30,135 nt of DNA from Candidatus Hydrogenedentota bacterium (GTDB lineage Bacteria > Hydrogenedentota > Hydrogenedentia > Hydrogenedentales > SLHB01): assembly GCA_045863335.1 (NCBI GenBank), contig BTVY01000061.1, forward strand, positions 1 to 30,135, given 5' to 3'. The notes beneath the pieces are model-generated. The model worked only from the letters and a program-made list of their open reading frames with translations. It was not told the DNA's origin and did no database searches. Positions 26,739 to 30,135 of the stretch are shown piece by piece (within the stretch, counting starts at the first letter, position 1; each line of letters starts with the position of its first letter). The position numbers and the translations under genes were made by a program.

Positions 26739-28883
26739 TTGCCATTGCGTCGGTTTCGCATTCTATTGCGACGAGATTACGACAACTCCGTGTTGACGTA
26801 CGCGTATGACGGCGCGGGGAATGTGACGTCGATGACGGATTATCACGGCAACACGACGGCGTATACGTACACGGATCGGAATGAGTTGAGCACCTTGACC
26901 GCGCCGGGGACGAAAACCTGGACCTTCCATTACAACGACATCGGGCAGCCCACGTATTACAATATCCCGAACGGAATGACGACGAATTACGCGTATGACA
27001 CCCGTAATCGCCTTACGGCGATCGAGCATAAGGACGGATCGACCGTGCTGGATGGGTTCACGTATGCCCTGGATGACGTGGGGAACATCACGAGCACGAC
27101 GCATGAGGATGGGTCGTTCTGGGAGTATCTCTATGATGGTCGGTATAGGCTGACGAGCGCGGTGCGGAGCAATGCGAACGAGACGATCGAGGCGAGCAAT
27201 GCCTACACCTATGATGCCGGGGATAACCTGCTGACCAAGGTCGAGCCGTTCGAGGATGATTTCAATGATGGCAACTACACGGGTTGGTCGGCGTGGTCCG
27301 GCACGTGGAGCGCGGCGAGCAATTATCTGCGGATGACGCCGGGGGCGGCGGCGACGATTGCCAAGGCGAACACGGACAATGACAACGAACTTCGGTTCTC
27401 GTATGTGTGCAATGATACGAGCAACGCGGGGTATACTTTGACGGTCAGTCCGCGCTATGCGTCGAGCGGGGACCGGATTTACTTGGAGATCAAGCCCGGT
27501 TCGATCAACCTGTCGCAGCGGGTCAGTGGTGTGTGGTCGTCGTTGGACGCCCAGGTTCTCACCAGCACGCAGGGCGTCGAGTACACCATCCGCGTCGTGT
27601 GCGACGTGCAAAACGTGCAGGTCTACCGGACCGCGCCGGGCGCGTTGGAAGAGGAAATCCTCTCCACGTCCAGTTGCACCGTCGCCAGCACGAACAACGT
27701 CTCCTTCACCCCGTCCGCGAACGCGGACTACAGCATCGACAACATCCGCGTTCTGTCCAACGACCTCAGCAACACGACCACCTTCGCCGTCAACAACGCC
27801 AACGAACTCACGTCCATGACGGACTACAACGGCTCGACCACCTTCGGTTTCGACGCCTGGGGCCGAATGACCGGCAAGGCCCGCGGCAGCTACGCCGCCA
27901 CCTACGGCTACCGCTACGGCCAGATGCTCCGCTCCGTCACCTCCGACTTCCCCGGCGAAGGGAACGTGACATATGAGTATGGTGGGGATCAGAAGCGTCG
28001 GCAACGCACTGTCGGTACGGACAATAGGTGGTACAACTATTCGGCCGGTTTGACGGTTGTAAATGAAGAGGACGGTTTGAATAATCTGGAACGGACGTAT
28101 GTTGGTCGTAGTTTTGCCCAGTCTGATGGCTCCAGCCCCGCCACGGGGGCCTGGTCCTACTATTTCCAGGATAGGTTAGGCTCAGTTCGAGTTGTGCGTG
28201 ACGGTTCAAAAGGATTGTCAGCTTCTTACGAATTTTCGCCCTATGGAAGTTTCTTTTCTTCGTCGGTCGGTTCGGGCACCACTTCGCCTCGATTTGCGGG
28301 ACTTGACTGGGAGGCTCCCAGCCAGCTTTACGTGGCTTCGTATCGGTACTATACCCCCACGCAAGCTCGCTGGAATAAGAGAGATCCTTTGGGGTTCGCA
28401 GCCGGGACGAATATTTACACTTATGTACGCAATAATCCAGCGAACCACGCAGATCCAACGGGAGCGTTTCCTGAAGAGTGGTGTAAAGTAGTTCGGGATC
28501 TTATGTACCTGCAATGCGATAGCATAACCGGAGATTCGACGGCGTTTGGAGATTTACTGGATTGGGAGAATTGTAGACGCAGAGCCGACGAGGCATATCG
28601 AAATTGTCGTGACGATGTATGGCCCTACCCGCCGGGCGATTATCAGTATCAAGGGGATCCGCTCGGCGAATTTGACCCAAGGTACTTTCCCCCGAGACGG
28701 CTAAGTTGTACTAGCCAGCGTCCACCCAACTATATACCAGATTCACCGCCAGGGTGGTGGACACCAGACTGGAATCTCCCAAGCTCGCTTGTCGGTCCCT
28801 CGCCCGCGGCGCAACAGGCATTCAACTCGACCGCCCTGTGGGGTGCGCTTCTCATATTTTTCGGCGTTCTACTTTTCGCGTAG
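26739..28883 (+). CDS. Orphan Rhs-CT cassette 3; Cys/Pro/Trp-rich tip with terminal hydrophobic helix
   Basis: Homology to the lead gene from ~26775; core end ARWNKRDPLG..NNPANHADPTG (~28463); ends ALWGALLIFFGVLLFA. Confidence 0.8.
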   Translation: MPLRRFRILLRRDYDNSVLTYAYDGAGNVTSMTDYHGNTTAYTYTDRNELSTLTAPGTKTWTFHYNDIGQPTYYNIPNGMTTNYAYDTRNRLTAIEHKDGSTVLDGFTYALDDVGNITSTTHEDGSFWEYLYDGRYRLTSAVRSNANETIEASNAYTYDAGDNLLTKVEPFEDDFNDGNYTGWSAWSGTWSAASNYLRMTPGAAATIAKANTDNDNELRFSYVCNDTSNAGYTLTVSPRYASSGDRIYLEIKPGSINLSQRVSGVWSSLDAQVLTSTQGVEYTIRVVCDVQNVQVYRTAPGALEEEILSTSSCTVASTNNVSFTPSANADYSIDNIRVLSNDLSNTTTFAVNNANELTSMTDYNGSTTFGFDAWGRMTGKARGSYAATYGYRYGQMLRSVTSDFPGEGNVTYEYGGDQKRRQRTVGTDNRWYNYSAGLTVVNEEDGLNNLERTYVGRSFAQSDGSSPATGAWSYYFQDRLGSVRVVRDGSKGLSASYEFSPYGSFFSSSVGSGTTSPRFAGLDWEAPSQLYVASYRYYTPTQARWNKRDPLGFAAGTNIYTYVRNNPANHADPTGAFPEEWCKVVRDLMYLQCDSITGDSTAFGDLLDWENCRRRADEAYRNCRDDVWPYPPGDYQYQGDPLGEFDPRYFPPRRLSCTSQRPPNYIPDSPPGWWTPDWNLPSSLVGPSPAAQQAFNSTALWGALLIFFGVLLFA

Positions 28884-28941
28884 ATTATGCCATCGGAACC
28901 TCACCGACAGCATGAACTAGAACAGATGGAGAAGAAAGACC

Positions 28942-29928
28942 GTGGCATCAGAACAGGAGTTCTATGTTTGGTTTCACGAGGGTCGGCGGTGCAATGGCTT
29001 GGACATCGAGAAGTTGTACGACAGGTTTAATAGCGAACCTGACAAAATCGATGTCCACATGAAGTTGCTCGGCTACTATCTTGATAATCCGGATATAAGG
29101 GCACCTGCCAACGGCGTTAACTTACAAGAGGCAAATATTGCTTGGTGCATCAATAACGTGCCGCATTGCACACTTCTAACTCTAGCTACCGCCGATATAA
29201 GTGTCAACGGACCATCTGATTCTTATGACCGTCTAGCCAAGTGTTGGAGGGACGCAGTAGCGAATGATGTTGACGACCAGCAAATTGTGTTGAACGCGGC
29301 GGAGTTCTTTGTGTTTCGTGACCCGCGTACATCAGTAAAGATACTGCTCCGGTCTCTTCCAAAGAAGAATGTTAGTCCCAAATATCTCCAACTATTGTCT
29401 GAAGCGTATAAGCGCATTCATCGGCGAGAAGGACAACAAGCGATAGAAGGATTGAGTGAGATCCAGCGTGTACTCGATACACAATCTGTATCGGGGAACT
29501 GGGTGGAGTTGAGCGTGTCGCTCGTAGAATTGGCAATTGAATGTGGCGATCTTGAGGGAGCCAATAAGTTCCTCAATTACTTCTTTGATAATAAAGACAA
29601 AGATCAAGTTTTCGATATCAATTTCTTGACGCACAAAGCACACATCTTGCGCGGGCAGGTTGCGTTTAAGCAAGGCGACGCGGATATGGCGGGGAAGATA
29701 CTATTGGAAGCTGCTGACGTGCCTGAATCACCACATATGAAGATTGCCGGGCCGAGCATGCGTTTGGCCCGTGATCTGCTCCGAGCTGGTAAGAAGGATG
29801 TAGTTCTCGAATACATCGAGCGATGGAAGGGCCGCTGGGATGGACCAACGAGTTTTCTATTGACGCAGTGGGAACAAGAAGTTCGGCATGGCGAGGAGCC
29901 TGATTTCGATCCCAATGTGCGCTATTGA
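28942..29928 (+). CDS. Alpha-helical (TPR-like) protein, putative immunity/accessory protein
   Basis: GGAG RBS, GTG start; HKAHILRGQVAFKQGD..AGKILLEAA..GPSMRLARDLLRAGKKDVVLEY; low GC, follows orphan toxin 3. Confidence 0.6.
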   Translation: MASEQEFYVWFHEGRRCNGLDIEKLYDRFNSEPDKIDVHMKLLGYYLDNPDIRAPANGVNLQEANIAWCINNVPHCTLLTLATADISVNGPSDSYDRLAKCWRDAVANDVDDQQIVLNAAEFFVFRDPRTSVKILLRSLPKKNVSPKYLQLLSEAYKRIHRREGQQAIEGLSEIQRVLDTQSVSGNWVELSVSLVELAIECGDLEGANKFLNYFFDNKDKDQVFDINFLTHKAHILRGQVAFKQGDADMAGKILLEAADVPESPHMKIAGPSMRLARDLLRAGKKDVVLEYIERWKGRWDGPTSFLLTQWEQEVRHGEEPDFDPNVRY

Positions 29929-30135
29929 TGGAAGGACGCGCCGCAGGCCGAAGTAACCAACAAAATCTTATGAGTGGGATATATATGAAGACACTCGTCC
30001 GGTTAAAAGTCGAATAATTCCAACTGGTTACAGGTATGACGATCACGCCTGCGGCGTGACTCACGTCGCTCACGGATTACGTGTACAATGATCGTATTCG
30101 CCTGACACCTGCCCCTTTGGGCGGTTCAGATTATA

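Noticed and set aside
19529-28000. Repeated blocks as diversity-generating retroelement TR/VR pairs
   Set aside because: No reverse transcriptase in the window, and differences are not adenine-specific; ordinary Rhs orphan homology explains them.
18626-28004. Long antisense ORFs (18626-19858, 19982-20806, 21906-22820, 24278-25525, 26763-28004)
   Set aside because: They mirror the Rhs repeats codon for codon; shadows of biased codon usage with Arg/Val/Gly-rich nonsense composition.

Overview
A GC-rich bacterial window in three parts. (1) 1-7760, host chromosome: the 3' end of a sensor histidine kinase, a secreted Cache-type protein, a glycerophosphodiester phosphodiesterase, a di-heme cytochrome c peroxidase/MauG-family protein fused to a parallel beta-helix with a stand-alone paralog of that helix, and a secreted HEAT-repeat protein. 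(2) 7813-~14750, tRNA-Pro(GGG) followed by an integrative, satellite/PICI-like element: a tyrosine integrase whose reading frame ends inside the tRNA, a Gly/Met-rich unknown gene, a putative HTH replication initiator with four internal palindromic iterons, AlpA, and a divergent XRE repressor plus truncated ImmA/IrrE. No capsid or conjugation genes are seen. (3) ~14800-30135, a polymorphic Rhs toxin locus. The ~2200-aa lead protein has a Sec signal peptide, TPR region, an intact-looking C39 peptidase domain (C-H-D) followed directly in cis by a double-glycine leader motif (LLTSESLSMLVGG|C), then the YD/Rhs shell with an inserted lectin-like beta-sandwich and a papain-like C-terminal toxin. Three orphan Rhs-CT/immunity cassettes follow, sharing near-identical, mosaic homology blocks. 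The C39 + GG-leader + Rhs architecture is the most striking candidate for an undescribed self-processing, non-T6SS toxin system. All family calls come from motifs read by eye; no database search was run.
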